Origin: Candidatus Woesebacteria bacterium | GTDB lineage: Bacteria; Patescibacteriota; Microgenomatia; UBA8517 | NCBI GenBank assembly: GCA_020060565.1 | Contig: JAGVAE010000002.1 | Coordinates: 19,974-83,973 of the forward strand | Length of the DNA stretch: 64,000 nt | Direction of reading: 5' to 3' | Part shown: one piece after another, positions 19,022-28,474 of the stretch | Layout: the number at the start of each line of letters is the position of its first letter | Position numbering within the stretch: position 1 is the first letter of the stretch | Program-made: the position numbers and the translations under genes | The notes under the pieces: model-generated | Database searches by the model: none | What the model was told of the DNA's origin: nothing | Seen by the model: the letters and a program-made list of their open reading frames with translations, nothing else

Positions 19022-19894
19022 TTACTTTTGCTTCTTGAAGGCTTGGGGCATTTCTTCCCAATCTCTATGTTTTCTAACTTTTAAATTTTTCTTCCAGATA
19101 GCTTCAAGGGCGGACATATCCACTTTCAGGTCTTTAGCCAAACCTAAAATTCCCACCATGTCTTTAGGAAAACATGCCTGTCCAAATCCAAAATCACCAT
19201 CCCAACCAGGAACACCCAAAAAAGTTCCTATTCTTGGATCCGCCTCGACTGCGCGACTTACATCATTATAGTTGGCCCCAACTTTTTGCGACAAGAAATA
19301 AAATTCGTTGGCGAGTATAATTTTGCTTGCCAATATCAAATTACTCATGTATTTAATCACCTCTGCACTTGTCGGATCGGTAATAATATATTCCTGATCT
19401 TTTGGAAGTATCGTTTTGTATAATTCCTGAATCCTAAATCCTAAATCTTTATTCTCTACCCCTATTACTGTTCTGGCGGGATTTAGAAAGTCCTTATTTG
19501 CGTTCTTTTGAGTAAGGAATTCTGGGTTCATGACAAAATTGACACCTGGATATTTTTTAGACATTTTTTTAATAGTTCCTGGGAGTGAAGTTGACTTAAG
19601 TATTAATATTTTATGTGTCCCTGTAATTTTGGAGGCCACCTCACCAATTACACCCTCAACTATACTCATGTCCATGCCACTATAATTTTCAAATATTGGA
19701 GTGGGGACACAAATAAAAATAAAGTCTGAGTTTTTGATAACTTCCTCTAAGGTATTTTGAGACTCTTTGAATTTGTCGTACCAGAAGATTTTGTTTTTGG
19801 GACTGCTTCCAAACCCTAGTCCGGTTGCTTGTCCTACAAATCCCCAACCAATTACTCCGATGGCAAAGCCAGAACTTTGTTCTCTTTTATTCAT
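19022..19894 (-). CDS. UDP-glucose/GDP-mannose dehydrogenase family protein (short form)
   Basis: Rossmann IGVIGWGFVGQATG and catalytic-Cys motif GFGQACFPKD (compare GGSCFPKD). Start taken at MNKREQ. Only about 290 aa, so the C-terminal UDP-binding domain is reduced. Confidence 0.7.
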   Translation of the reverse strand: MNKREQSSGFAIGVIGWGFVGQATGLGFGSSPKNKIFWYDKFKESQNTLEEVIKNSDFIFICVPTPIFENYSGMDMSIVEGVIGEVASKITGTHKILILKSTSLPGTIKKMSKKYPGVNFVMNPEFLTQKNANKDFLNPARTVIGVENKDLGFRIQELYKTILPKDQEYIITDPTSAEVIKYMSNLILASKIILANEFYFLSQKVGANYNDVSRAVEADPRIGTFLGVPGWDGDFGFGQACFPKDMVGILGLAKDLKVDMSALEAIWKKNLKVRKHRDWEEMPQAFKKQK

Positions 19895-19910
19895 TTCTTT
19901 TTGAAGAATA

Positions 19911-22238
19911 TCACAGGTTGCTTCTTCGGGCAATCTCTGCTTCAACCAATCTTTCGTCCCGTCCATATTTGAGTCTGCTCATTTCTTTTATAATCTCCGC
20001 CACGCGCTCATTCTCCATAGCTTTTTGTTTAGCCATATCTTTGTTCATATCCATTGAAAATGGTGGAACAGGTTCGTTATTTACAATGGTTTTACAATAT
20101 GCGTGATATCTCTCAACATTTAATAAGTCGTCCTCACCAAACGTTGGTGCAAATTCATGTTGCAGGTAGTTAGCATCAGTCACACCAACCCTAAATGAAA
20201 TCACAGATCCCACATTTCCAAAAACTGCATTTTTAACTTCTTCTTCAACTTGACCTATAAACTGGTTGGCAACAGTTAGTCCCAGACCGTATTTTCTAGC
20301 TTCCGATAGAATTACTGCAAAATCGGGAGTGGCAAAGTTTTGAAACTCATCAACATAGAAATAAAAGTCCCGCCTGTCTTCTTTTGAAAGAGTGGCTCTA
20401 CTCATGGCGGCCATAAGGATTCTGGGAACAAGTAAAAGTCCCAAAAAGTTACTGTTCTCCTCCCCTAGTGTACCCTTGGCAAGGTTAATAAGAAGAATTT
20501 TTCCTTCATCCATAACTTTTCTAAAATCAAATGAGCTTTGGGATTGACCTATGATGTTTCTTATAAGTTTATTGGTAACAAAGCGGCCGAATTTAGAAAC
20601 CGTGTAATCCAAAACTTCTGATTTATGAAAGTCACTGGTTTGTGCTATCTGGTCCGTCCAATAACGTCTGATAATTGGATCGTTTACCAAAGGCAAGAGT
20701 TCTTGAACATACCGAGAATCCGTCATTGCCCGCATAAGTTCAACAAATGTATTTCCGGGTTTGGCCATTACGGTCAACATAGCATTTCTAACACCGTGCT
20801 CAAATCTGGGTCCCACAATTCCTGTTTTATAAGGATCAAAAAGCTTATACATAAGATTGATTATTGAAGTTGCCGCAAAATGCTTTTCATCTTCAGTTCT
20901 TGCCTCAAGTAGGTTCATTCCAATGGGACGTTCAACATCGCTTGGATTAAAGTAAATTACATCCTCGGCTCTCTCAGGTGGAATTAGTTTTAAGATGTCC
21001 TCAACAGCATCTCCGTGGGGGTCCATGAAGCAAACCCCTTTGCCCGCATTTATATCTTGTAAAACTAAGTCTTTCAAAAGTTCCGATTTACCCACACCAG
21101 TTTTTCCTATGATGTAAATATGCTGCATTCTGTCTTTATCACTTAAATACACGGAGCGCTTTACTCCCTGATAACTACTCATTCCCAAATAGAGTCCTTC
21201 TGTAGGAATCTGAGCGGGAGCTGGAGCTGTTTTTGCATTTAACCAATAAATATGGGGGGTTGTAACTTGTTTATTTGGGAAATGAAAAATAGTTGCCAAC
21301 TCTTCACTGTTTAGAATTGAGGGGTGATTACCAAAAACATTGAACATAGGTTGATATCTATATAAAAAGTCCTCCATAAATCCACCTTTTGAATAAATCT
21401 TTCTTCCCTTAAGACTATTTAAATCCCCAGCATATTGAGAGAAGGCACTACTTATATTGGTTATGTGACTTTTAGCTAGATTTTCATCGGTTGAGATTGC
21501 AACAATCCTAATTGATGTTTCAAATCCTGGCTTTGAGATTTTTCCTTCAATTGCTTCCAATGTTTTTGCGGGAGTTGAGAATTTGGCTTTCTCGGGATCA
21601 CTCTCTTGTTTTTTGGTATCACTAATATATTTACCCCCCTCTTTTTGCCAAGTAGACTCAGCAGGAGAGATTAATATTTGAATTGCCGCAGCCTCCCCTG
21701 GTCCCATTTTAGCTAAAGCCGCAGAAATACCCGTCATGGGATCTGTTGCCAAATCTTTAAAAGTCTTAATTGGATAGAAATTGTTTTTTCCCAGCTGGAA
21801 TGATTTATAGGCAACTTTACCTTCTGGAGTAAAAATATTATATTCATCAACTTCTAAAATTTCTGCATCTGGGTAGCTTCCATGAACTGTTTTTTCTACA
21901 AGATCCTTTATTTTCTTTGGTGCCCAGACGTAAAATCTTATATCTTCTTGTTTGGCCACTATTTCAAAAGACACTACTGGTTGAATATCAAATTTTTGTT
22001 TCCAACCACCCTTCTTAAGAGAATGGAGACCTGAAAAGAGTTGGTCCATAACATCAATCTTAAATTCATTGTTCCTGGGTACCGCAATCTGAAGAAGAAC
22101 TGAATCAATTGAAACCTCTTCTCTTTTCCTATTCTTAAAGAAAATTAATATCACATAACCTAGTGCAACCAATCCAAAAAAAAGTGCGGCAATTACAATA
22201 GCTGCAAAAAATATACCTGTAAAATCAATATTTAACAT
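19911..22238 (-). CDS. TraG/TraD/VirD4-like coupling-protein family ATPase (FtsK/HerA superfamily) with N-terminal TM helix
   Basis: N-terminal hydrophobic anchor, Walker A IIGKTGVGKS, Walker B FYFYVDEFQNF, 775 aa. Confidence 0.7.
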   Translation of the reverse strand: MLNIDFTGIFFAAIVIAALFFGLVALGYVILIFFKNRKREEVSIDSVLLQIAVPRNNEFKIDVMDQLFSGLHSLKKGGWKQKFDIQPVVSFEIVAKQEDIRFYVWAPKKIKDLVEKTVHGSYPDAEILEVDEYNIFTPEGKVAYKSFQLGKNNFYPIKTFKDLATDPMTGISAALAKMGPGEAAAIQILISPAESTWQKEGGKYISDTKKQESDPEKAKFSTPAKTLEAIEGKISKPGFETSIRIVAISTDENLAKSHITNISSAFSQYAGDLNSLKGRKIYSKGGFMEDFLYRYQPMFNVFGNHPSILNSEELATIFHFPNKQVTTPHIYWLNAKTAPAPAQIPTEGLYLGMSSYQGVKRSVYLSDKDRMQHIYIIGKTGVGKSELLKDLVLQDINAGKGVCFMDPHGDAVEDILKLIPPERAEDVIYFNPSDVERPIGMNLLEARTEDEKHFAATSIINLMYKLFDPYKTGIVGPRFEHGVRNAMLTVMAKPGNTFVELMRAMTDSRYVQELLPLVNDPIIRRYWTDQIAQTSDFHKSEVLDYTVSKFGRFVTNKLIRNIIGQSQSSFDFRKVMDEGKILLINLAKGTLGEENSNFLGLLLVPRILMAAMSRATLSKEDRRDFYFYVDEFQNFATPDFAVILSEARKYGLGLTVANQFIGQVEEEVKNAVFGNVGSVISFRVGVTDANYLQHEFAPTFGEDDLLNVERYHAYCKTIVNNEPVPPFSMDMNKDMAKQKAMENERVAEIIKEMSRLKYGRDERLVEAEIARRSNL

Positions 22239-22300
22239 AATAAAAAATTGCTAAATAATTATATTGTTAAATGATCACAACCATTTAGCTATTTGACCAT

Positions 22301-22633
22301 TCAACTATTTTTCCCAATTATCCTCCAACCAAAATGTAGTGCCTTTTTAATAATTCTAAGCCAAAAAGCTGCCAACCAGGTAGCTCCAGATGTTTTTGAT
22401 CCTTTTGCCTGTTGGGTTAAGGTGGTGGTATCACTTGGAGGCTGTATTGTAATAACTTGAGTTGGGGGGGTCTGAATAATGGGTGTTCCTTTGTCGTCTT
22501 TTACTTGAGTTTTAAAATTTTTCTGTACCACTTTCACTCCCGAATTTTGTAGAGTTTCAGGCACAATAAATTCCTCTTGTCGCTCCACAATTTGTGGAAC
22601 TTCAGGTTTTAATGTTTCAGGAGTAGCAGCCAT
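22301..22633 (-). CDS. hypothetical protein with C-terminal amphipathic/hydrophobic tail
   Basis: 110 aa, Thr/Pro/Gln-rich, ends in WLAAFWLRIIKKALHFGW. Directly upstream of the T4CP-like ATPase. Confidence 0.4.
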   Translation of the reverse strand: MAATPETLKPEVPQIVERQEEFIVPETLQNSGVKVVQKNFKTQVKDDKGTPIIQTPPTQVITIQPPSDTTTLTQQAKGSKTSGATWLAAFWLRIIKKALHFGWRIIGKNS

Positions 22634-22660
22634 ATCAAATCATTGTAGCATAAGAAGTGC

Positions 22661-23167
22661 CTATCTTTTCCAAAATTTTTCAAGGGTTTTACTCTCAAAA
22701 TTTGTACCTCTTGCCAACATAAAAAGATAATCGGAAAGCCTATTAAAATACGTAAGGATAGCTTCGGAAACTTTTTCTTTTTTGGCAAAGGAAACTAAAG
22801 ATCTTTCGGCTCGCCTGCAAAGAGCACGGGCGTAGAATAATAAAGCTGCTTGCAGCGTGCCTCCGTAAAAAATAAAATTTGTTTGAACTGGTAATATCCC
22901 TTCCCAAACATCTATTTGCTTTTCTAATTTTTTAGTTCGTGCACTGGTAAAACGAAGGTTACTACCAGCTAAGATGGAATTAATTGTAAATAAATCAGCC
23001 TGAATATCAGTTAGTCCTCCAACTATTCCTAGAAATGAATTGAGTTCATCAATTGCACCAATTGATTTTATTTTACAAGAATCTTTATGTATACCAACGA
23101 GGGTTTGTGATTTTTTGTTAAAAACCTTTGTTGTCCCCTTATCCCCCGCTTTGGTATAAATAGCCAT
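22661..23167 (-). CDS. pduO: ATP:cob(I)alamin adenosyltransferase, PduO/MMAB type
   Basis: N-terminal MAIYTKAGDKGTT matches the PduO-type MxIYTxxGDxGxT signature. Roughly 170 aa helical bundle. Confidence 0.8.
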   Translation of the reverse strand: MAIYTKAGDKGTTKVFNKKSQTLVGIHKDSCKIKSIGAIDELNSFLGIVGGLTDIQADLFTINSILAGSNLRFTSARTKKLEKQIDVWEGILPVQTNFIFYGGTLQAALLFYARALCRRAERSLVSFAKKEKVSEAILTYFNRLSDYLFMLARGTNFESKTLEKFWKR

Positions 23168-23176
23168 GAAGAGAAT

Positions 23177-23461
23177 TTACTCTACTTTTGTAAATCTATC
23201 AACTTCAGATCCGTCTTCAAGTTTAACTTTTGCAAGAAAATCTTCTAAAGATCTTACCCAAACTAATTTTTCTCCATAATGAGCTTCATAAATCACACAA
23301 ACTTTCTCTGTTTCTTCAATAAAGCCAACACGAAGAACTGTATAAAACTGATCAGAATGTTTGTAATGAATATAACTTCCACCTATTTTTACTTCTTGTT
23401 TTGCTTTGTCTATTTCCGCTATTAATTCTGTCTGTTCTTTACGTATCATTTTCTTTAGCAC
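23177..23461 (-). CDS. DUF1653-like small protein
   Basis: YIHYKHSDQFYTVLRVGFIEETEKVCVIYEAHYGEKLVWVRSLEDF resembles the DUF1653 core (Y[KR]HYKGG.Y...VvYr.lYG..WvRPlemF). Confidence 0.5.
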   Translation of the reverse strand: MLKKMIRKEQTELIAEIDKAKQEVKIGGSYIHYKHSDQFYTVLRVGFIEETEKVCVIYEAHYGEKLVWVRSLEDFLAKVKLEDGSEVDRFTKVE

Positions 23462-25959
23462 TCAGAGTGGCCGCAGGCGTGGCATTTGGAGCAGCCTTCC
23501 TCAAAAACCATGGCGGGAGATCCACAGCTGGGACAGATATCTCCTATTTTGTTATCTTGCGGGATATTTAATGCCATCTGCTGCACCTCTGGCTCAAGCG
23601 GTGTATCGTGATTAATATTATTAAATCCAAAGTGCATTCCAATAGCTTTTGCAATAGCATCAGGTAGGGACCTAACTTTATTTATTCCAAATCCTACAGA
23701 TCTACTACCTCCAATTCCTTGAAGTTGTTCCATAATTTCCCTGGCTCTTTCTCTTGCTGGCAGATGATTTCCAAATCTGAAATTAGTTGAGACTAAACGC
23801 CCCAACGCTTCCGCCATGGCTGCAACTTCACTTCCTGCTTTTCCTATGGTTACAAATAATTCAAAGGGTTCTCCCGTTTCTGTCTCATTAATGGTAATGA
23901 ATGAACTTCCCAGTGGAGTTAATATTCTATAAGTTGACCCACTGACTTTAACGGGGCGCTCCATTATTACTGATTTTTGTGTGTCTTCTTGTTTACTTTC
24001 TTTTTCGGTTTTATTGTTTGTTCCAATATTTAAGACTTGTTCGTTTTTACTTCCATCTCTAAAAATTGTTATTCCCTTACAGTTTGACTCCCAAGCAGAA
24101 AGATATGCATTTTTTACGTCATCTACCGTTGAATCATGACTAAGATTTATGGTTTTACTGACTGCATTTTCTGTGTATTTTTGAAAGGCAGACTGAATTT
24201 TGATATGCCATTCAGGTGCAATTTCATGAGCAGTACCAAAAACGGCACGTACATCAGCAGGAATCTCTTCCATTCCCCGTATTACTCCACGTTCTCCCAC
24301 TTTTGTCATTAAAGATTCATTCCAAAAGCCCTTTTCTTTGGCAATTTTTTCAAATCTAGGTTCTACAAAGGTTAATTTTCTATCTAGGTGTTTATCTTTA
24401 ACAATGTGTTGATATGCAACCGCAAACATGGGCTCCACCCCACTAGAAGCTCCTGCAATAATTGAAATTGATCCAGTTGGTGCAATTGTTGTGACTGTCG
24501 AGTTCCTTCTTGGAGGACCTTCTCTATAAATACTTACAGGGAAAAGTGGAAAAGGACCACGTTCTTTTGCCAGTTTTCTATCTTCATCTAATGCTTCATC
24601 TGAAATAAACTTCATTACTTTTTCGGCCAAAACTATTGCTTCTTCACTATCAAATGGAATTCCCAGCTCAATCAACATGTCACTCCATCCCCCCACTCCA
24701 AGACCAATACGGCGTGCATTAAATACCGTTTTTCTTAACTGCTCCAGGGGAAGTGGATTAACTTCGATGACATCATCCAAAAATCTTGTCGCGGTTCTGG
24801 CAACTTGGGCTAGTTCATCCCAATTGATTTTCCCGTCTTTCACAAAATAACCAAGGAAAATACTTCCCAAATTACAGGCATCGAATGGATATAGAGGTTG
24901 TTCACCACACGGATTAGTTGACTCAACTGGACCCAATACTGGGATTGGGTTTCCGCTTCCAGCATTAATTCTATCAATAAAAATTAAGCCTGGGTCCCCT
25001 GACCTCCAAGCTGCATTAGCAATCTCGTCAAAGACCTTTCTGGCATTTAGAGCTCCTACAACTTTCTTTGTTCTGGGATCAATAAGACTATAATCTTCAT
25101 CTTTTTTATACGCTTCCATAAAAGGATCTGTGATTGCCACTGATATATTGAAGTTAGTTATTCCCCCTTCTTCTTTACAATGAATAAACTCCATAACATC
25201 AGGATGGTCTACTCGGAGTATTCCCATGTTGGCCCCTCTTCTTTTTCCTCCCTGTTTAACTTCATTTGTTGCTGCATCAAATATTCTCATAAACGATATT
25301 GGGCCACTTGCGGTCCCACTTGATGTTTTAACTATCGAACCGTTAGGGCGAAGTCTACTAAAAGAAAATCCAGTTCCCCCACCAGTTTTATGAATTATTG
25401 CCTGGTATTTAAGTGCATCAAAAATCCCTTCCATAGAATCTTCAACAGGGAGAACAAAACAGGCTGAATATTGAAGACCATTACCTGTTCCTGCATTCAT
25501 TAGAGTTGGTGAGTTTGGTAAAAACTTTCTTGAGATCATAAGGTTATAGAAGTTGTGGGCCATTTTTTCTACTCCTTTTTTGGTTGCCCCCCAAACCGCC
25601 TCAGCAGATGCTATCTCCCAAGAAATTCTCCAAACCATTTGTTCTGCAGTTTCAATTGGTTTGAGTTCATCATTCTTCATCAAGTAGCGCTCATTTAAAA
25701 CTTTAAGAGCTTGCTCGGTCCACTCCCCTTTGGGTAAACCTTTTGGCATGGCTGGCATACTACCTATCTTTTTTCTAATTTTTCCTGTCACTTCTTCATA
25801 AGATGGAGCAGAGAGGTCGTTTATTGTTATTTTTGTTTCCCCATTTTTGTATACAAACTTATTCCCTCCGGGCCGTAGGCCCTTTGGGCCGGAGGCTTTT
25901 CTTTTATCTTTTGTTTGTAATTGCATATTTTTTAAGTTACTTCTCAATAAGTTTTTCAA
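23455..25959 (-). CDS. nrdJ: ribonucleoside-triphosphate/diphosphate reductase, adenosylcobalamin-dependent (class II, NrdJ)
   Basis: Active-site motifs YSACFVLPVEDS and TNPCGEQPLYPFDACNLGSI. C-terminal zinc ribbon CPSCGSP...CSKCHACGHSEC. NrdJ-like N-terminus EQALKVLNERYLMKNDE begins near M67/M70. The first 66 codons overlap nrdR and the GC-rich element and may not be translated. Confidence 0.9.
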   Translation of the reverse strand: MKNLLRSNLKNMQLQTKDKRKASGPKGLRPGGNKFVYKNGETKITINDLSAPSYEEVTGKIRKKIGSMPAMPKGLPKGEWTEQALKVLNERYLMKNDELKPIETAEQMVWRISWEIASAEAVWGATKKGVEKMAHNFYNLMISRKFLPNSPTLMNAGTGNGLQYSACFVLPVEDSMEGIFDALKYQAIIHKTGGGTGFSFSRLRPNGSIVKTSSGTASGPISFMRIFDAATNEVKQGGKRRGANMGILRVDHPDVMEFIHCKEEGGITNFNISVAITDPFMEAYKKDEDYSLIDPRTKKVVGALNARKVFDEIANAAWRSGDPGLIFIDRINAGSGNPIPVLGPVESTNPCGEQPLYPFDACNLGSIFLGYFVKDGKINWDELAQVARTATRFLDDVIEVNPLPLEQLRKTVFNARRIGLGVGGWSDMLIELGIPFDSEEAIVLAEKVMKFISDEALDEDRKLAKERGPFPLFPVSIYREGPPRRNSTVTTIAPTGSISIIAGASSGVEPMFAVAYQHIVKDKHLDRKLTFVEPRFEKIAKEKGFWNESLMTKVGERGVIRGMEEIPADVRAVFGTAHEIAPEWHIKIQSAFQKYTENAVSKTINLSHDSTVDDVKNAYLSAWESNCKGITIFRDGSKNEQVLNIGTNNKTEKESKQEDTQKSVIMERPVKVSGSTYRILTPLGSSFITINETETGEPFELFVTIGKAGSEVAAMAEALGRLVSTNFRFGNHLPARERAREIMEQLQGIGGSRSVGFGINKVRSLPDAIAKAIGMHFGFNNINHDTPLEPEVQQMALNIPQDNKIGDICPSCGSPAMVFEEGCSKCHACGHSEC
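25864..25896. repeat. GC-rich alternative-hairpin element, copy A (CCCTCCGGGCC-gta-GGCCC-ttt-GGGCC-GGAGG)
   Basis: About 62% GC element in a 33% GC genome. Lies between the nrdR stop and the probable nrdJ start. A second copy is at 45809..45843 with identical stems and different loops. Confidence 0.6.
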
Positions 25960-26377
25960 AATCTGTTAAGTCTTCAAATTCTAAATAGACACTTGCAAAT
26001 CTGAGCCAGGCTACTTTATCTATTTTCTTTAATCTTTTCAAGACCGCATTTCCTATGGTTCTTGAGGATATCTCTTGCTCCTCCCCTCTTAACATCTCAC
26101 GCTCAACACTTTCTATAATCTCATCTACTGTTTCCATTGATACTGGTCTTTTTTGAATTGACCTTAGAATCCCATGTCTTATTTTTTCCTTATCCCAAGA
26201 TTCTCGTCTACCATCTTTTTTAATTACCCAAAGAACACTATCTTTTACTTTTTCGAATGTAGTAAATCTTTTACCACATTTCGAGCATTCCCTACGTCTT
26301 CTAATTGATCCTCCATCTTCTATAGTTCTACTCTCAAGTACCTGTGAATCGATCTTTCCGCAAAATGGACATTTCAT
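25937..26377 (-). CDS. nrdR: transcriptional repressor NrdR
   Basis: N-terminal zinc ribbon MKCPFCG...CSKCGKRF followed by ATP-cone. 146 aa. Overlaps the annotated nrdJ ORF start by 23 nt. Confidence 0.9.
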   Translation of the reverse strand: MKCPFCGKIDSQVLESRTIEDGGSIRRRRECSKCGKRFTTFEKVKDSVLWVIKKDGRRESWDKEKIRHGILRSIQKRPVSMETVDEIIESVEREMLRGEEQEISSRTIGNAVLKRLKKIDKVAWLRFASVYLEFEDLTDFEKLIEK

Positions 26378-26392
26378 GTATGAAAAGTAAAC

Positions 26393-26408
26393 ACACTACA
26401 GTTAGTGA
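26393..26408. promoter_or_regulatory. candidate NrdR box (ACACTACAGTTAGTGA)
   Basis: 12/16 match to the acaCwAtATaTwGtgt NrdR-box palindrome. Located 16-31 nt upstream of the nrdR start. No convincing second box. Confidence 0.25.
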
Positions 26409-26591
26409 CTACTTAGCTAATTTACCACTAGGTCTGTGGGGGTCAACTATCAACTAATAGTTACAAATGTATCACGCCAGGCGTCGAGTAAGCCTAGAAA
26501 AATATTAATTCCTGAAGTTTTTGCGGAAAAAATATTGATGATTTTAAAAAAATTTTTTTATGAGTATAAAAAATGAAGACAAAATAAACTG

Positions 26592-27227
26592 TTATTGCCC
26601 ATTAAACGGGTTTTTTGGAGTTTCTATTCCTTTCGAATTTAGAGTATCACGACAAGTTTTATAGATTTCTTTAGCATAATCTTCCGCTTTCACTACTTCT
26701 GGCCTTATATCTTCTGGAGAGAGCGGCATTATCTTTTCTTCAATTACTTGTCTATGCTTTAAAGATGCGTTGGCAAGTTTAATTAGAAAATCATTAGTAT
26801 TTATCCCTGCCTCTCTAGCTCGCTCTTCATCTTTTGCTGCAACCTCTAGATACTTCTCCCCTTTTACTAATGTTGTCACTGCAATATCTGGTTTCCCGTT
26901 TTCAAAAAGAATTAAACTTGAACCTAAACGTTTGTCTGCATAAAGAAGCGCAAAATCTGCTTTCTTGAGAGGGTCGGAAGTAATTGAATACTGAGCCCTA
27001 TCTCTTAAAGCTTTAAAGTACCAAAGAAAATTATCAGGGTGTACTCCTCCTGGATATGGTAAAAAGTAATTGATCTCGGGAAGTGGTATCTCAGTTGATT
27101 TGGAAATTGGGGGTGGTGTTGAGTATCCGTAGGCTGGAGAAACTGAGGAAGACCTTAAAACTGATACCGAAAGAATTACGAAAGCAAGGACAAAAGCCGC
27201 AACTCCGTACAAATATTTCCTTATCAT
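26592..27227 (-). CDS. hypothetical signal-anchored protein
   Basis: N-terminal TM/signal segment. No recognised domain. Confidence 0.45.
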   Translation of the reverse strand: MIRKYLYGVAAFVLAFVILSVSVLRSSSVSPAYGYSTPPPISKSTEIPLPEINYFLPYPGGVHPDNFLWYFKALRDRAQYSITSDPLKKADFALLYADKRLGSSLILFENGKPDIAVTTLVKGEKYLEVAAKDEERAREAGINTNDFLIKLANASLKHRQVIEEKIMPLSPEDIRPEVVKAEDYAKEIYKTCRDTLNSKGIETPKNPFNGQ

Positions 27228-27280
27228 TGGGTAACTAACATAGTACCCCGGAGTCTAGTATGTGTCAAGTTAATGATAAG

Positions 27281-27937
27281 TTATCTAAATAAAATAATTG
27301 GCCACTCCCAAAGGACATGGAGAAAAATTGAACCAAAGATATTCTTTGTTCTTGAGAAAATAAAAGCTGAACCAAGTCCGAAAATGGCTGTTATGGCAAG
27401 ATAGACGGCTGCTTGGGGGACTGTATAATTCCAAATGAAAAAGGCTATTGGGACATGAACTATCGTCCAAGCTATGGTTTGGATCAGGTTTGCTATCAAC
27501 TCTCCTCTAAATACCTTTGTTAGCCTACCATATATATATCCCCTGAAAGCTGTTTCCTCTGAAAAAGCTGTTGCAAAAGAAAGACCTAAGGAAGTCATTA
27601 GAGGAAGACTTCCTATATTGGCCGCAAAATTTAGCTGTCCATATTTCAGATAATTGGATAAAAGCCCTTCAATTACAAATACTGATCCCAAACCAAGTGA
27701 AAGATAGATTGAGGGAAAAAGATTTTTTAAAGTTATTCCAAGAGAAGTTATTGTTTCTTTTTCTTTGCGTACAAAATAAACCAAAGGAATAAGCCAGACT
27801 ATTGGTTTAATTATAAATTCTTCAATATCATCTGGAAATTTAAAAAGAAATCGGTAAAAGGCCCAAATAACTATTAGGTAAGCTACATAAATAGTAACGT
27901 TTTTAATTATTGAGGTTTTTGTAACTTTGGCAGTCAT
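27281..27937 (-). CDS. CPBP (CAAX) family intramembrane metalloprotease
   Basis: EETAFRGYIYGRL (EExxxR), FxxxH and C-terminal HVLWEW (HxxxN/D-like) motifs in a polytopic membrane protein. Confidence 0.7.
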   Translation of the reverse strand: MTAKVTKTSIIKNVTIYVAYLIVIWAFYRFLFKFPDDIEEFIIKPIVWLIPLVYFVRKEKETITSLGITLKNLFPSIYLSLGLGSVFVIEGLLSNYLKYGQLNFAANIGSLPLMTSLGLSFATAFSEETAFRGYIYGRLTKVFRGELIANLIQTIAWTIVHVPIAFFIWNYTVPQAAVYLAITAIFGLGSAFIFSRTKNIFGSIFLHVLWEWPIILFR

Positions 27938-27956
27938 ACTCTTAACTATTATTATA

Positions 27957-28457
27957 TTACAATTTACATGTCTTAAATGATTGATCTATTGCTGTGGTAA
28001 TCATATTTACTCTTTCTATTGCTTCATCTAGAGTTACTGCATTTTTCTCATTTGGGAACCAATGGAATACTAAATTTCTACTTATTCTCCATGTTTCCCA
28101 AAGATTGTCAGCTAAATCCTTTCCTCCACAATGTTTTACGACCTTGTCATATACGCTATCTTTTCTAATCTCTTTTGGAAGTGATGGATTAAGAGATTTT
28201 CCAATTCTGAAACGTTTTCCGTAGTAGTCCTCATTTGTGATAAATTCTAGATCTAAAAACATTTTTTTAAGAAAACCTTCATATGCTTTGGCTGCTGGAA
28301 ACACAACAAAAGAATAATCATTAAATTCATCCTCTCCTCCAGGAAGATCTACTCCCCAGCTTTTAACAGTAGAAACTAAAAATCTTGATGTAATCAAAAG
28401 TTTTTGAAGATCGGTTTCCAAATAATTCCACCAAACTTTTTGTTCTAAAGCTTCCAT
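27957..28457 (-). CDS. hypothetical protein
   Basis: 166-aa soluble ORF with no family assigned. Confidence 0.45.
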   Translation of the reverse strand: MEALEQKVWWNYLETDLQKLLITSRFLVSTVKSWGVDLPGGEDEFNDYSFVVFPAAKAYEGFLKKMFLDLEFITNEDYYGKRFRIGKSLNPSLPKEIRKDSVYDKVVKHCGGKDLADNLWETWRISRNLVFHWFPNEKNAVTLDEAIERVNMITTAIDQSFKTCKL

Positions 28458-28474
28458 ACGATATAATTTAACCT

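Noticed and set aside
23406-23615. 69-aa + ORF overlapping the nrdJ 3' end
   Set aside because: Antisense to the conserved NrdJ zinc-ribbon coding region.
23455-25959. Checked NrdJ and DnaG for inteins (common intein hosts)
   Set aside because: Both proteins have normal lengths, and contiguous catalytic motifs with no Cys/Ser...HN-bounded insertion. Only FtsH carries an intein.
26424-26461. Second NrdR box expected 21 or 31-32 bp from the first
   Set aside because: Candidate sequences (CCACTAGGTCTGTGG, AACTATCAACTAATAG) match the consensus poorly, so only a single low-confidence box is reported.
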